This document shows positions 37,894 through 46,892 of a stretch of DNA of 64,000 nt, piece by piece. A model generated the notes under the pieces. It ran no database searches, was not told the origin of the DNA, and saw only the letters and a program-made list of their open reading frames with translations. Source of the DNA: Pseudomonadales bacterium (GTDB lineage: Bacteria; Pseudomonadota; Gammaproteobacteria; Pseudomonadales; Azotimanducaceae); contig JBGSNQ010000165.1 of NCBI GenBank assembly GCA_041739525.1, positions 14,706 through 78,705 of the forward strand. Reading direction: 5' to 3'. Position numbers and translations under genes: made by a program. Position 1 is the first letter of the stretch. Each line of letters starts with the position of its first letter.

Positions 37894-39564
37894 TCAGATT
37901 TTCAACAGCGAGTCGAGCTCCTCCAGGAACAGCGCCACCTTCTCGAGCTGATCCGGCAGGGTGAGATAGCGCGATTCGTTGGTGGCCGGCGACCCCGGCC
38001 GAAAGCCGAGGTTGAGCTGCAGCGGGTACCGCGGGAAGTCGGTGATGAGCGTGCGCAGACAGTGGGCTGCGCGCGGATCGAGTACGAGCCCGAGCAGCAC
38101 CAGGTTGTCGCCGACGTCCTCGAAATCGCCATCTTCGATCAGGTCGAGCAGATCCGGCTCGCTCACGGCAGATTCGATCTCGTCCAGAATCCAGCGCTTG
38201 CGTCTCAGCTGCTCGCGGACGTGTTCGGAGCGCAGTACGTCGAGCAACGTCCGCGCAACGTGCATCGGCAACGCCTGGATCAGGTGCCAGCCGATCTGGA
38301 ACAACCGCACGATGCCGGGGCGGCTTTCAAGCATCCGTTCGATCGAATCGGCGCGGTCCAACGCACTCGTTGGGCGGCCGTTCGAATCCGCCTCCAGAAC
38401 GTGATGCATCCCGAGGTTTGCGCAGGCGAGCGCCGCCTTGGCAGCCTCGGCTTCCGTGAATCGCGCTCCCTGATACCAGCTTCCCGCCATCAACACGTTG
38501 GCGAGAAAAATGAGTTCACCGAGCCGGGCACCGAACACATCGGGGCGCGTCAGCTGCAGGCGGTCGAGGCGCGCCTGCAGTTCGAGCGGCGCCTCGCGCG
38601 AATCCTTCGGTCCTTCCAACAATTGCGGTTGCCGATCGCCGGTGATCTCGGCTTCAGCCAACGCGGACTCCAGGGCGCGCAGTTCCAACGGCGCGATCGG
38701 CGCTTCGTCCGGTTCTTCGTCGGAACCCTGCGTCTGCGCCCTGCGCTGTTCGGCAGCCGCCGCCGCAGCCGCAGCCAGTTGATCGAAGTAACGTTGCGCA
38801 ATTGCGTCGTAGTCGGTTTGCGCCACGAGGTTCTCGCGCGCGGCCTGCCGCGTGGTCTTTAGAAATACGGCGGCCATCTGCGGCGTAACGAAGCCGCTGC
38901 GTTCGCGGCGCTGTTCCCGTTCGTGCGTCTCATCGTCGAGCAGCAGATGTGCGTCGGCATCGAAGTCGCGCATCGTCGGCGCCGACGAGCAGCGCGCCAG
39001 CACACGGTAGAGAAACTCGCTGTCCTCGGCTTCGAGTTCCATGAGCGCCGTTTTGACGATGTCCCATTCGTCCTCGTGAATGGAGGTCACGATGTATTCG
39101 CCGATCACCTCGAACGACACGTTGTCGCTCTCGAGCTGACACAGCACGCACACGCAGCTGCCTTCCACGTGCTCTGCACCGACGGTGCGGTCGATCACGG
39201 AGATCAGCGGCGCGAAGTTGAGCACCACGAACGTATCGCCCAGATCGATTAGGCGTTGCGTCGCGAACGCCGACCCCGCCTCGAACATCACGTCGAGCCA
39301 TTCGAGGAATCGTTCGGGCCGCAGCCGATCGGCGCGCCCCGGCGTGAGCGACTCCCACAACGACTCATCGAGCACGTCGCGCATCTGCTCAGGTGTGGTC
39401 AGCGCGATCAGATCGCCAGCGTCGTGCAATCCAACGTGCTCGATCAGCCGCTTCAGCACCGGCGGCTCGAGCTTGCGAACGAAAGCCGGCAATGCCGGGT
39501 TGTCGGTGAGCGTCTTCATCAGACGCTTCGATGATTGAGCTTTCGTCAGTTGGCGTTTCGGCAT
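37894..39564 (-). CDS. large acidic hypothetical protein (Ala8 tract)
   Basis: 556-aa ORF, helical and acidic, with an AAAAAAAA run. I cannot verify any catalytic motif. Confidence 0.6.
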   Translation of the reverse strand: MPKRQLTKAQSSKRLMKTLTDNPALPAFVRKLEPPVLKRLIEHVGLHDAGDLIALTTPEQMRDVLDESLWESLTPGRADRLRPERFLEWLDVMFEAGSAFATQRLIDLGDTFVVLNFAPLISVIDRTVGAEHVEGSCVCVLCQLESDNVSFEVIGEYIVTSIHEDEWDIVKTALMELEAEDSEFLYRVLARCSSAPTMRDFDADAHLLLDDETHEREQRRERSGFVTPQMAAVFLKTTRQAARENLVAQTDYDAIAQRYFDQLAAAAAAAAEQRRAQTQGSDEEPDEAPIAPLELRALESALAEAEITGDRQPQLLEGPKDSREAPLELQARLDRLQLTRPDVFGARLGELIFLANVLMAGSWYQGARFTEAEAAKAALACANLGMHHVLEADSNGRPTSALDRADSIERMLESRPGIVRLFQIGWHLIQALPMHVARTLLDVLRSEHVREQLRRKRWILDEIESAVSEPDLLDLIEDGDFEDVGDNLVLLGLVLDPRAAHCLRTLITDFPRYPLQLNLGFRPGSPATNESRYLTLPDQLEKVALFLEELDSLLKI

Positions 39565-39668
39565 GCGCGGAACCTCCAGCTCGAAGGAACGCGGCGTTGT
39601 ACGCCTCTTATTCGACCCGGAACAGACTAGGCAGTTCGACCGAGGGCTGGTAACTTATGACCACAGTG

Positions 39669-39698
39669 AAAAAAACGGCGACTCGAAGTCGCCGTTTT
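39669..39698 (-). terminator. Rho-independent terminator downstream of the CYP153-like gene (bidirectional geometry)
   Basis: ACGGCGAC-tcgaa-GTCGCCGT, a perfect 8-bp stem flanked by an A7 run on one side and T4 on the other. On the minus strand the stem is followed by T7, 28 nt after the P450 stop. Confidence 0.75.
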
Positions 39699-39725
39699 CG
39701 TTTCCAGCTCCTGAACGCCCGCGTC

Positions 39726-41096
39726 TCAGCCGCGAATGCGTACCGGCAGTTCGCGGATGCCGTGGATGAAACTGGACTTCAGGTAAACCGGATCGCCAAC
39801 CACTTCGATCTTCGGGAAGCGCTTGTGCATCTCTTCCCAGATCACGCGCAACTGCATCTCACCCAGGCGATTGCCGAGGCAGCGGTGGATGCCGAACCCG
39901 AACGACAGGTGATGCCGCGCGTTGGCACGGTCGATGAGGAACTGGTTCGGATTCTCGATCGCGTCGGAGTCGCGATTGCCCGAGATGTACCACATCACCA
40001 CCTTTTCGCCCTGCTTGATCTGCTTGCCGCCGATCTCGGTATCTTCGAGCGCGGTACGTGCCATGTGCGCCACCGGTGATTGCCAGCGGATGATCTCGGG
40101 AACCATGTTGGTGATGAGCCCGGGATTCTCGCGCAGCTTCTTGTACTCGTTGGGGAACTGGTTCAGTGCCAGCACGCCACCGGTGATCGAGTTGCGGGTT
40201 GTATCGTTGCCACCGACGATGAGCAGCAGGATGTTGCCGAGGTATTCGTTCGGCGGCATGTTTTTGGTCGACTCACCATGCGCCAGCATCGAGATCAGGT
40301 CGGCCTTGTGGGGATTCTTGACGCGCTCTTTCCAGACCTCGTCGAAGTAGCCGTAACACTCCCACAGCACCTTGAAGCCCTGCTCCACGGTTTCGAAATA
40401 CTCGGGATTGCCGAGGTTCGACACACTGTCGGACCAGTAAATCAGCTTATGGCGGTCTTCCTGCGGAATGTCGAACAGCGTTGCCAGCATCTGCCCCGTG
40501 AGTTCCACCGACACGTGGCGCACCCAGTTGAAGTCTTCGTTGCGTGGCAGGTTGTCGAGAATGTTGCAGGCGCGCTCGCGGATCAGCGGCTCGAGGTCCA
40601 TCAAGTTGCGCGGCGTGAACATCGGCGCGACCACCTTGCGCTGGTTCTCGTGCTTCGGCGGATCTTCCTGAATGAACATCGGCAGATCGAACTGCGGATC
40701 GGGATCGGCGCCGCCCCCCAGGCTGATGCCGCCGATCTTCGAGTCGGACGAAAAAATCTGGTGGTGCGAGTCGCAGTACATGATGTCGTTGAACTTCGTC
40801 AGCGACCAATAGGGGCCGAACTGACTCTTCGCGCAGTAATGCACCGGCGCTTCTTTGCGCATACGTTCGAAGTACGGCCACATGGCGTCGGCTTCGAACA
40901 ATGCAGGATGACCGACGTCGATCGATTCAAGTGGTACCGCGTAGGGATCCTGCTTCACGTCGATCGGCCACATCGCCGCGAACTGGGCGTTCGTCATGGT
41001 CGGATCGAACGCCGGCATGGTGGTGCGCAGATGCGCCTTGATCTTTTCCTTGCTGGCGTCGATTTCGGTCTGCTTGATCGCTACTGCTTCGCTCAT
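39726..41096 (-). CDS. cytochrome P450, CYP153-like (alkane/terminal hydroxylase type)
   Basis: NILLLIVGGNDTTRNS I-helix and HLSFGFGIHRCLGNRLGE haem loop, plus the overall sequence pattern I associate with CYP153. Start trimmed to MSEAVAIK. Confidence 0.85.
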   Translation of the reverse strand: MSEAVAIKQTEIDASKEKIKAHLRTTMPAFDPTMTNAQFAAMWPIDVKQDPYAVPLESIDVGHPALFEADAMWPYFERMRKEAPVHYCAKSQFGPYWSLTKFNDIMYCDSHHQIFSSDSKIGGISLGGGADPDPQFDLPMFIQEDPPKHENQRKVVAPMFTPRNLMDLEPLIRERACNILDNLPRNEDFNWVRHVSVELTGQMLATLFDIPQEDRHKLIYWSDSVSNLGNPEYFETVEQGFKVLWECYGYFDEVWKERVKNPHKADLISMLAHGESTKNMPPNEYLGNILLLIVGGNDTTRNSITGGVLALNQFPNEYKKLRENPGLITNMVPEIIRWQSPVAHMARTALEDTEIGGKQIKQGEKVVMWYISGNRDSDAIENPNQFLIDRANARHHLSFGFGIHRCLGNRLGEMQLRVIWEEMHKRFPKIEVVGDPVYLKSSFIHGIRELPVRIRG

Positions 41097-41153
41097 GATC
41101 GTTTCCAACTTCCGGGGGTATCGAGTATTGCATAGCGGACCGCTGCGCCAAAC

Positions 41154-41247
41154 CACAGGCGGCTGTGCCGCTCCTCAGGCGGCTATGCCGCTCCACAGGC
41201 GGCTGTGCCGCTCCTCAGGCGGCTGTGCCGCTCCAGGCGGTGGCTGT
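41154..41247. repeat. tandem 20-bp repeats (4 full copies plus a partial fifth), each containing GCGGC-TRT-GCCGC
   Basis: CACAGGCGGCTGTGCCGCTC / CTCAGGCGGCTATGCCGCTC / CACAGGCGGCTGTGCCGCTC / CTCAGGCGGCTGTGCCGCTC / CAGGCGGTGGCTGT. Lies in the divergent CYP153 / cinA-like intergenic region. Confidence 0.9.
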
Positions 41248-41280
41248 ATCGTGATGCGCATTGCGACAACAGGAGTTTTT

Positions 41281-41769
41281 ATGCAACGGCTGCTTCCGCT
41301 GGCTGAACGCACCGCCGAATTGCTCAAGGCGCGTGGCGAAACGATCGCCGTCGCCGAATCGTCCACGGCCGGACTGATCAGCGCTGCGCTGGTCGCGGTA
41401 CCCGGCGCTTCGGCCTACTTCGTCGGCGGCGGCGTCATCTATACGGCCGTCGCACAACGCGCCTTACTCGACATTCCACGCGAACAGCTCCGCGGCATTC
41501 GCGCCTCTACCGAACCGTACGCGCGGCTCGGCGCGCAGACCATTCGCACCAGGCTCGCGACCACCTGGGGAATCGCCGAAACCGGCGCCACAGGACCCAC
41601 CGGCAATCCATACGGCGACGCGGCAGGCCACAGCTGCATCGCGGTCGATGGACCCGTGCAGCGATCCATCACGCTCGAAACGCACCGCAGCGACCGCGTC
41701 GACAACATGTGGGCGTTCTCGGAAGCCGCGCTGCAACTCCTGATCGACTGCCTGACCGCGCGCGGGTGA
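41281..41769 (+). CDS. CinA-family protein (PncC-type nicotinamide-nucleotide amidohydrolase domain)
   Basis: ETIAVAESSTAGLISAALV..GAS.YF.GG.V.Y. AGGAG RBS 5 nt upstream. 162 aa. Confidence 0.85.
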   Translation: MQRLLPLAERTAELLKARGETIAVAESSTAGLISAALVAVPGASAYFVGGGVIYTAVAQRALLDIPREQLRGIRASTEPYARLGAQTIRTRLATTWGIAETGATGPTGNPYGDAAGHSCIAVDGPVQRSITLETHRSDRVDNMWAFSEAALQLLIDCLTARG

Positions 41770-41804
41770 CGTCCGTTACACGGCCGAGTTGTTATAGTGC
41801 GACC

Positions 41805-42071
41805 ATGAAGAAGAACTCCGGCAAACCGCGCGCATCCAAAGCCGATCGCGCGTACTTCGCGCGGATCGCACGCGGAAATCGAGCGATCGTCGATGAGCGC
41901 CCGCCGAACTCCCTCGACGAAATGCTGGATCGATTGGAACGAATCAGACGCGACCTCGGGGCGATGGCGCGTCCAGGGATCACGGCCGATGGCGACGGCG
42001 ATCTGGCCAGCCACCTCGCCTTCCTCGAACGCCAACACCGAATCGACGGACATGGAACGCACGGCGCTTAG
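41805..42071 (+). CDS. small hypothetical protein (possible antitoxin-like partner)
   Basis: 88-aa ORF that overlaps the downstream gene by 20 nt. Confidence 0.45.
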   Translation: MKKNSGKPRASKADRAYFARIARGNRAIVDERPPNSLDEMLDRLERIRRDLGAMARPGITADGDGDLASHLAFLERQHRIDGHGTHGA

Positions 42072-42573
42072 CGCGCTCGCACGGCTCCTCGACTCTCTGT
42101 CGATCGAGTGGACTCTCATCGGCGCATTGGCTGCCAATCGATATCGCGCCTCACCGCGTCTGACTCATGACATTGATCTGCTGCTCGCCGACACCGGCCC
42201 CGGACTCGATCAGCTCGAGTCCGCGCTGAACTCGGCGGGCTGGTCCGTGCGTCGCGCCGACGCCGCAGGGGAGCTATTGCGTCTGCGGCATGCGGAACTC
42301 GGTGTCGCCGATCTCATCGTTGCCGGCACGCAATACCAGCTGCAAGCGCTGCGGCGCGCGCACGAGGAGCCGATCGGGGAAGCGGTTTCCGCGCGCGTAC
42401 TCACACCTGAGGACGTAATCCTGCACAAGCTGATCGCGGGCCGTAGCCAGGACATCGCCGACATCGAGGCCATCATCGAAGGTGGCGTTCCACTCGACAA
42501 ACGCTATCTGGCCGAATGGGCACGCTATTGGGATGTAGCCGCGTTGTGGGAGTCGTTGCGCGGCAAACGCTAA
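42052..42573 (+). CDS. nucleotidyltransferase-fold-like hypothetical protein
   Basis: 173 aa. Has GALAANRYRASPRLTHDIDLLL (G..A...G..R.T.DID pattern) and PEDVILHKLIAGRSQDIADIEAI, as in small NTase-type TA/abortive-infection components. Confidence 0.45.
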   Translation: MERTALSALARLLDSLSIEWTLIGALAANRYRASPRLTHDIDLLLADTGPGLDQLESALNSAGWSVRRADAAGELLRLRHAELGVADLIVAGTQYQLQALRRAHEEPIGEAVSARVLTPEDVILHKLIAGRSQDIADIEAIIEGGVPLDKRYLAEWARYWDVAALWESLRGKR

Positions 42574-42689
42574 GCGAATCGGGTCGCGCGCGATCGCGGC
42601 AGGGAACCGCTCCTCACCACACATCGTCGAGCATATGCAGCGCAGCGCGGAATCCGGCATATTGGCCGATCGAATCCGCACGCACGTTC

Positions 42690-44906
42690 ATGCTCGAGAC
42701 GTTTCTTGCCGAACTGAAGCGCCGCAAGGTACTGCGCGTAATGGGCGCCTACGCAGTGGTCTCGTGGGGCGTGCTGCAGGTCATCGACAAACTGTTCCCG
42801 GCGCTGATGTTGCCGCCGTGGACGATCACGTTCGTCGCCGTGCTGCTGATCATCGGCCTGCCGATCACCGCGATCATCACGTGGGCGTTCGAAATCACGC
42901 CCGACGGCATCCGACGCACCACCTCCGAGCCGGAACCGGGTACCGCGCGCGCCGGTTGGCTCGAGACGGCGCTGCTCATCGCAATTGTCGTCGCGGTCGG
43001 AATCTCGTTCGTTCAGCTGCACGAACGGATGGCTGCGCCCGAGCCCGCGACGACGGCTGCAACCCAAGCAACGGCAGCAACCACCGCGGCGAACTCGATC
43101 GCGGTGCTGCCGTTCACCAGTTTCAGCGAAGACGCCGAAAGCAACTACTTCGCTGACGGACTCACTGAGGAGCTGATCAACGAACTCGCCAACATCCCGG
43201 GAATGAAAGTGTCGGGCCGAACTTCGTCGTTCTATTTCAAGAACCGCAACGAAGACCTGCGCGAGATCGGCCGCACCCTGGGCGTTTCGCAAGTGCTGGA
43301 AGGCAGTGTGCGCCGGGCCGGCGACAAGCTGCGCATCACCGTGCAGCTGATCTCCACATCGGACGGATTCCACCTGTGGTCGCAGACATACGATCGGCGT
43401 ATGGACGACATCTTCGCGATTCAGGACGACGTAGCGATGAACGTCGCGTCGGTGCTCGAGATGAAGATCGGCGCGCCGAACCGCGAAGGCACCGACACCA
43501 TGCACGATATGGAAGACTATCGGTTGTATCTGATCGCGCTCGCGTTGCTGCACGAGCGCGCGCTGGAACCGCTCACGCAGGCGCGCGAGCTGTTCACGCA
43601 ACTCAAAACCCGTGAACCCGACAATGCCGATGCGCTCGCCGGCTACACGCAGGCAACGATGTTGCTGGCGGGTACCTATATGACGCTCGACTTCGAAGCG
43701 GCATCGAAGGACGCCATCGCTGCTGTGGAGCACGCACTCGAAGTGGATCCGAACTCGGTCAGCGCGAATGTCGCCGCCGGCGCCGCGTACACGGTACTGC
43801 TGCATCGCACCGACGACGAGCGTTACCGCGTGCAGGCCGAGCGTACCCTGGCGCGCGCCGTGGAACTGGCGCCCGAGGATCCGGACGCACTCGCTACATA
43901 CGGCACACTGCTGAACGAAATGGGCAACTACGAATCCGCATACGAACTGCTTCGGCGGGCCACGACGCGGGATCCGCTGTCGCGCGTTGCACAAGCTCAG
44001 CTGATCACCTCGCTCGAAGGGCTGGGGCGCCTCGCCGAGGCACGCGAAAAGTTGATCACGCTCGGGCAGATGTATCCTGACTATGTCTTTCCGCAACTCG
44101 AGCTCGGCGAGCTGTTGCTGACGCAGGGCCAGCTCGACGCCGCGCTGCCGTATCTGCAGAAGGCGCATGCATCGAAGAGCAGTCCGCGCGCCACGTTCGC
44201 GCTCGCACTCGCGTATCTGAACCTCGGCCTCGAAGACGAAGTGCGCGCAACGCTTGCGCAGCTCGACTATTCGCCGCTGTCGGTGCCGTTCGGCGAAGTC
44301 ATTCTGCTCAACTCGCGCGGCGACGAGGCCGGCAGTTTTCGTCTGGCACAAACACAACTCGAAAAGACCAATGATCCGATCTGGCAGTCGCTGCTGATCA
44401 ATTCGTCGCTTGCGCTCGGCGATCTTGCAACGGCGCGGCGCGAACTCACGAAACTCACACCCACACTGCTCGCGACGCTCGATGCTTCCCACTCGCAGCC
44501 GGAACCGGCGCTGCTGGTCGGCGAGTTGTTGATCCAGGAAGGCCGCAAGGACGATGCAGCGCGGGTGTTCGAAACCCTGCTCGCGACGCTAGCACCGCCG
44601 GCACACGGCTATGAACCCGCGCTGCGTAAAGTGACACGCGCGAAGATCCTCGCCCGTCTCGGCAGAAACGACGCGGCCATCGACGAACTGCGCGCCGCAC
44701 AGCTGCAAGGCAACCGCCTGCTGTGGGATTTCGACTTCGTGCAGCGGCTCGACCGCGTGCCGGCGTTCGAGACCATTCGCGACGATCCGCGCTTTCGCGC
44801 CGTGATCACAGACATGGAAGCCGACAATCGTATGATGCGCGACCGCGTTCTGAAACAGACCAACGCGCAAGCTGCGCCGCCGCCAACCAAGAGGGAACGC
44901 TCGTGA
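42690..44906 (+). CDS. membrane-anchored TPR-repeat protein with a TolB-N-like/CsgG-like proximal domain
   Basis: N-terminal TM, IAVLPFTSFSEDAESNYFADGLTEELINELA block, then long TPR-like helical repeats. Confidence 0.7.
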   Translation: MLETFLAELKRRKVLRVMGAYAVVSWGVLQVIDKLFPALMLPPWTITFVAVLLIIGLPITAIITWAFEITPDGIRRTTSEPEPGTARAGWLETALLIAIVVAVGISFVQLHERMAAPEPATTAATQATAATTAANSIAVLPFTSFSEDAESNYFADGLTEELINELANIPGMKVSGRTSSFYFKNRNEDLREIGRTLGVSQVLEGSVRRAGDKLRITVQLISTSDGFHLWSQTYDRRMDDIFAIQDDVAMNVASVLEMKIGAPNREGTDTMHDMEDYRLYLIALALLHERALEPLTQARELFTQLKTREPDNADALAGYTQATMLLAGTYMTLDFEAASKDAIAAVEHALEVDPNSVSANVAAGAAYTVLLHRTDDERYRVQAERTLARAVELAPEDPDALATYGTLLNEMGNYESAYELLRRATTRDPLSRVAQAQLITSLEGLGRLAEAREKLITLGQMYPDYVFPQLELGELLLTQGQLDAALPYLQKAHASKSSPRATFALALAYLNLGLEDEVRATLAQLDYSPLSVPFGEVILLNSRGDEAGSFRLAQTQLEKTNDPIWQSLLINSSLALGDLATARRELTKLTPTLLATLDASHSQPEPALLVGELLIQEGRKDDAARVFETLLATLAPPAHGYEPALRKVTRAKILARLGRNDAAIDELRAAQLQGNRLLWDFDFVQRLDRVPAFETIRDDPRFRAVITDMEADNRMMRDRVLKQTNAQAAPPPTKRERS

Positions 44907-46870
44907 CCGTCTTCGAATCCGCAATCAGGCGCCTGATTTCCTGTCTGCTCATTTGCGCCAGCACGATTCCGTTGGGGGCCTTCGGCGCGGAGCCACGCGA
45001 CAGCGAATGGCCGACGTATGGCAACGACCCCGGTGGCAGCCGCTACGCCGCGCTCACGCAAGTCACGCGCGACAACGTGGCGCAGCTGACGCAGGTATGG
45101 AGCTATCAGACCGGCGACCTCGGCGAGGGATATCCAAGCGCCGAACGGATGGCATTCGAAGCGACGCCCATCCTCATCGACGGCGTGCTCTACGTCAGCA
45201 CGCCCTATGGGCACGTGCACGCGATCAAAGCCGCCACCGGCGAAGCGGTGTGGCATTTCGACGCCCATCTTCCCAACGACCGATCCTATTCGGAGAACAC
45301 CTCGCGCGGTGTCAGTGCGTGGCGCGATCCCGACGCGGCGGCCGGCGCACCGTGTGCACTGCGCATTCTGTTCGGCACGCTCGATGCGCGACTCATCGCG
45401 CTCGATGCGAAGACCGGTCTCGCGTGCGCCGACTTCGGCAAGAACGGCAGCGTCGACCTGAACGAAGGCAGCCGGCCGCGCGATCCGGGAAATTATCTCG
45501 TCACGTCGCCGCCAGCGTTGTGGCGCAACCTCGTCATGGTCGGCTCAGCGGTGGGCGACAACCGCGCGGTCGACAACGAGCTCGGCATCGTGCGCGCGTT
45601 CGATGCGCGCACGGGCGCCCTGGTGTGGTCGTGGGATCCGATTCCACGCACGCCCGACAACCCGGTGTATTCGGAGTGGACCGACGAAGCGGCGAAGATC
45701 ACCGGTGCGGCGAATGCGTGGTCGGTGCTGTCGCTCGATGTCGAGCGCGGTTTGCTGTTCGTGCCGGTGGGTTCCGCCAGCCCGGATTTCTTCGGCGGCG
45801 AACGCACCGGCGACAACCGTCACGCGAACTCGATCGTCGCATTGAACGCCGCGACCGGTGAAGTCGTGTGGGCGCGACAGCTCGTACATCACGACGTGTG
45901 GGACTACGACATGCCGGCGCAACCGGTACTGATCGACCTGCAACGCAACGGCCAGAGCGTGCCCGCAGTAGTGCAGCCCACCAAGATGGGCATGCTGTTC
46001 GTGCTCGCCCGCCGCACCGGCGAACCGCTGTTCGGCATCGAGGAACGTCCCGTTCCACAAAATGGCGTCGAAGGCGAAGTGCTGTCGCCGACCCAACCGT
46101 TCTCCGCGTTGCCGTCGCTGGTGCCGAACGCACCGCTAACAGCTGACGACGCGTGGGGATTCACGCCGTGGGACCGCGGCAAGTGCGCTGACCAGATCAC
46201 TAAGCTGCGCTCGGAAGGCATCTACACGCCGCCGAGTTTGCAGGGCACCGTGGAGTGGCCCGGCTATTCGGGCGGTTCGAACTGGGGCAGCGTGTCGTTC
46301 GATCCTGTACATCAGCTGGTCATTGCGAACACCAACCGTTTGCCGTTCGTCGTGCAGTTGATCAAGCGCGACGAACTGAAAGCCACCTACGAATCGAAGG
46401 TGTATCCGGATTCCGAATTCGCGCGCCAGACGGGCACCCCTTACGGCATGCGACGCGAACTGATCAAGTCGCCCATCGGTGTGCCGTGCACGGCGCCGCC
46501 CTGGGGCACCCTCACCGCGATGAATCTCACCACCGGCTCGATCGCGTGGCAGGTGCCGCTCGGCACATCGCGCGATCTCGCACCCTGGCCGGTGTGGTTC
46601 ATCGATGGCGTGCCGAACATGGGCGGCTCCATCGTGACGGCGGGCAACGTGGTATTCATCGCCGCCGCTAGCGACAACTTCCTGCGCGCGTTCGACGTCG
46701 AAACGGGCGCCGAGTTGTGGCGCGGACGGTTGCCGGCCGGCGGTCAGGCCACGCCGATGACGTACATGCAGAATGGCCGCCAGTACATCGTCATTTCCGC
46801 GGGCGGTCACGGCGGCATGGGCAGCACGCGCGGCGACTATGTGGTCGCGTTCGCCCTTCCGTCTTCTTAA
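44903..46870 (+). CDS. periplasmic PQQ-dependent dehydrogenase (glucose/quinate dehydrogenase-like beta-propeller)
   Basis: The GTG overlaps the upstream stop (GTGA). Signal peptide, repeated W-motif propeller sequence, ...WPTYGNDPGGSRY.... Confidence 0.85.
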   Translation: MTVFESAIRRLISCLLICASTIPLGAFGAEPRDSEWPTYGNDPGGSRYAALTQVTRDNVAQLTQVWSYQTGDLGEGYPSAERMAFEATPILIDGVLYVSTPYGHVHAIKAATGEAVWHFDAHLPNDRSYSENTSRGVSAWRDPDAAAGAPCALRILFGTLDARLIALDAKTGLACADFGKNGSVDLNEGSRPRDPGNYLVTSPPALWRNLVMVGSAVGDNRAVDNELGIVRAFDARTGALVWSWDPIPRTPDNPVYSEWTDEAAKITGAANAWSVLSLDVERGLLFVPVGSASPDFFGGERTGDNRHANSIVALNAATGEVVWARQLVHHDVWDYDMPAQPVLIDLQRNGQSVPAVVQPTKMGMLFVLARRTGEPLFGIEERPVPQNGVEGEVLSPTQPFSALPSLVPNAPLTADDAWGFTPWDRGKCADQITKLRSEGIYTPPSLQGTVEWPGYSGGSNWGSVSFDPVHQLVIANTNRLPFVVQLIKRDELKATYESKVYPDSEFARQTGTPYGMRRELIKSPIGVPCTAPPWGTLTAMNLTTGSIAWQVPLGTSRDLAPWPVWFIDGVPNMGGSIVTAGNVVFIAAASDNFLRAFDVETGAELWRGRLPAGGQATPMTYMQNGRQYIVISAGGHGGMGSTRGDYVVAFALPSS

Positions 46871-46892
46871 GAAGGACAGCCGGCTTCGTGAT

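Noticed and set aside
41154-41247. Possible CRISPR array
   Set aside because: The 20-bp units are contiguous with no spacers, far shorter than CRISPR repeats, and no cas genes are present. It is better described as a tandem or iteron-like repeat.
42570-44492. 640-aa minus-strand ORF
   Set aside because: It is antisense to the TPR/TolB-N-like protein, whose plus-strand frame has a TM anchor and repeat structure. The minus-frame product is Arg-rich and featureless.
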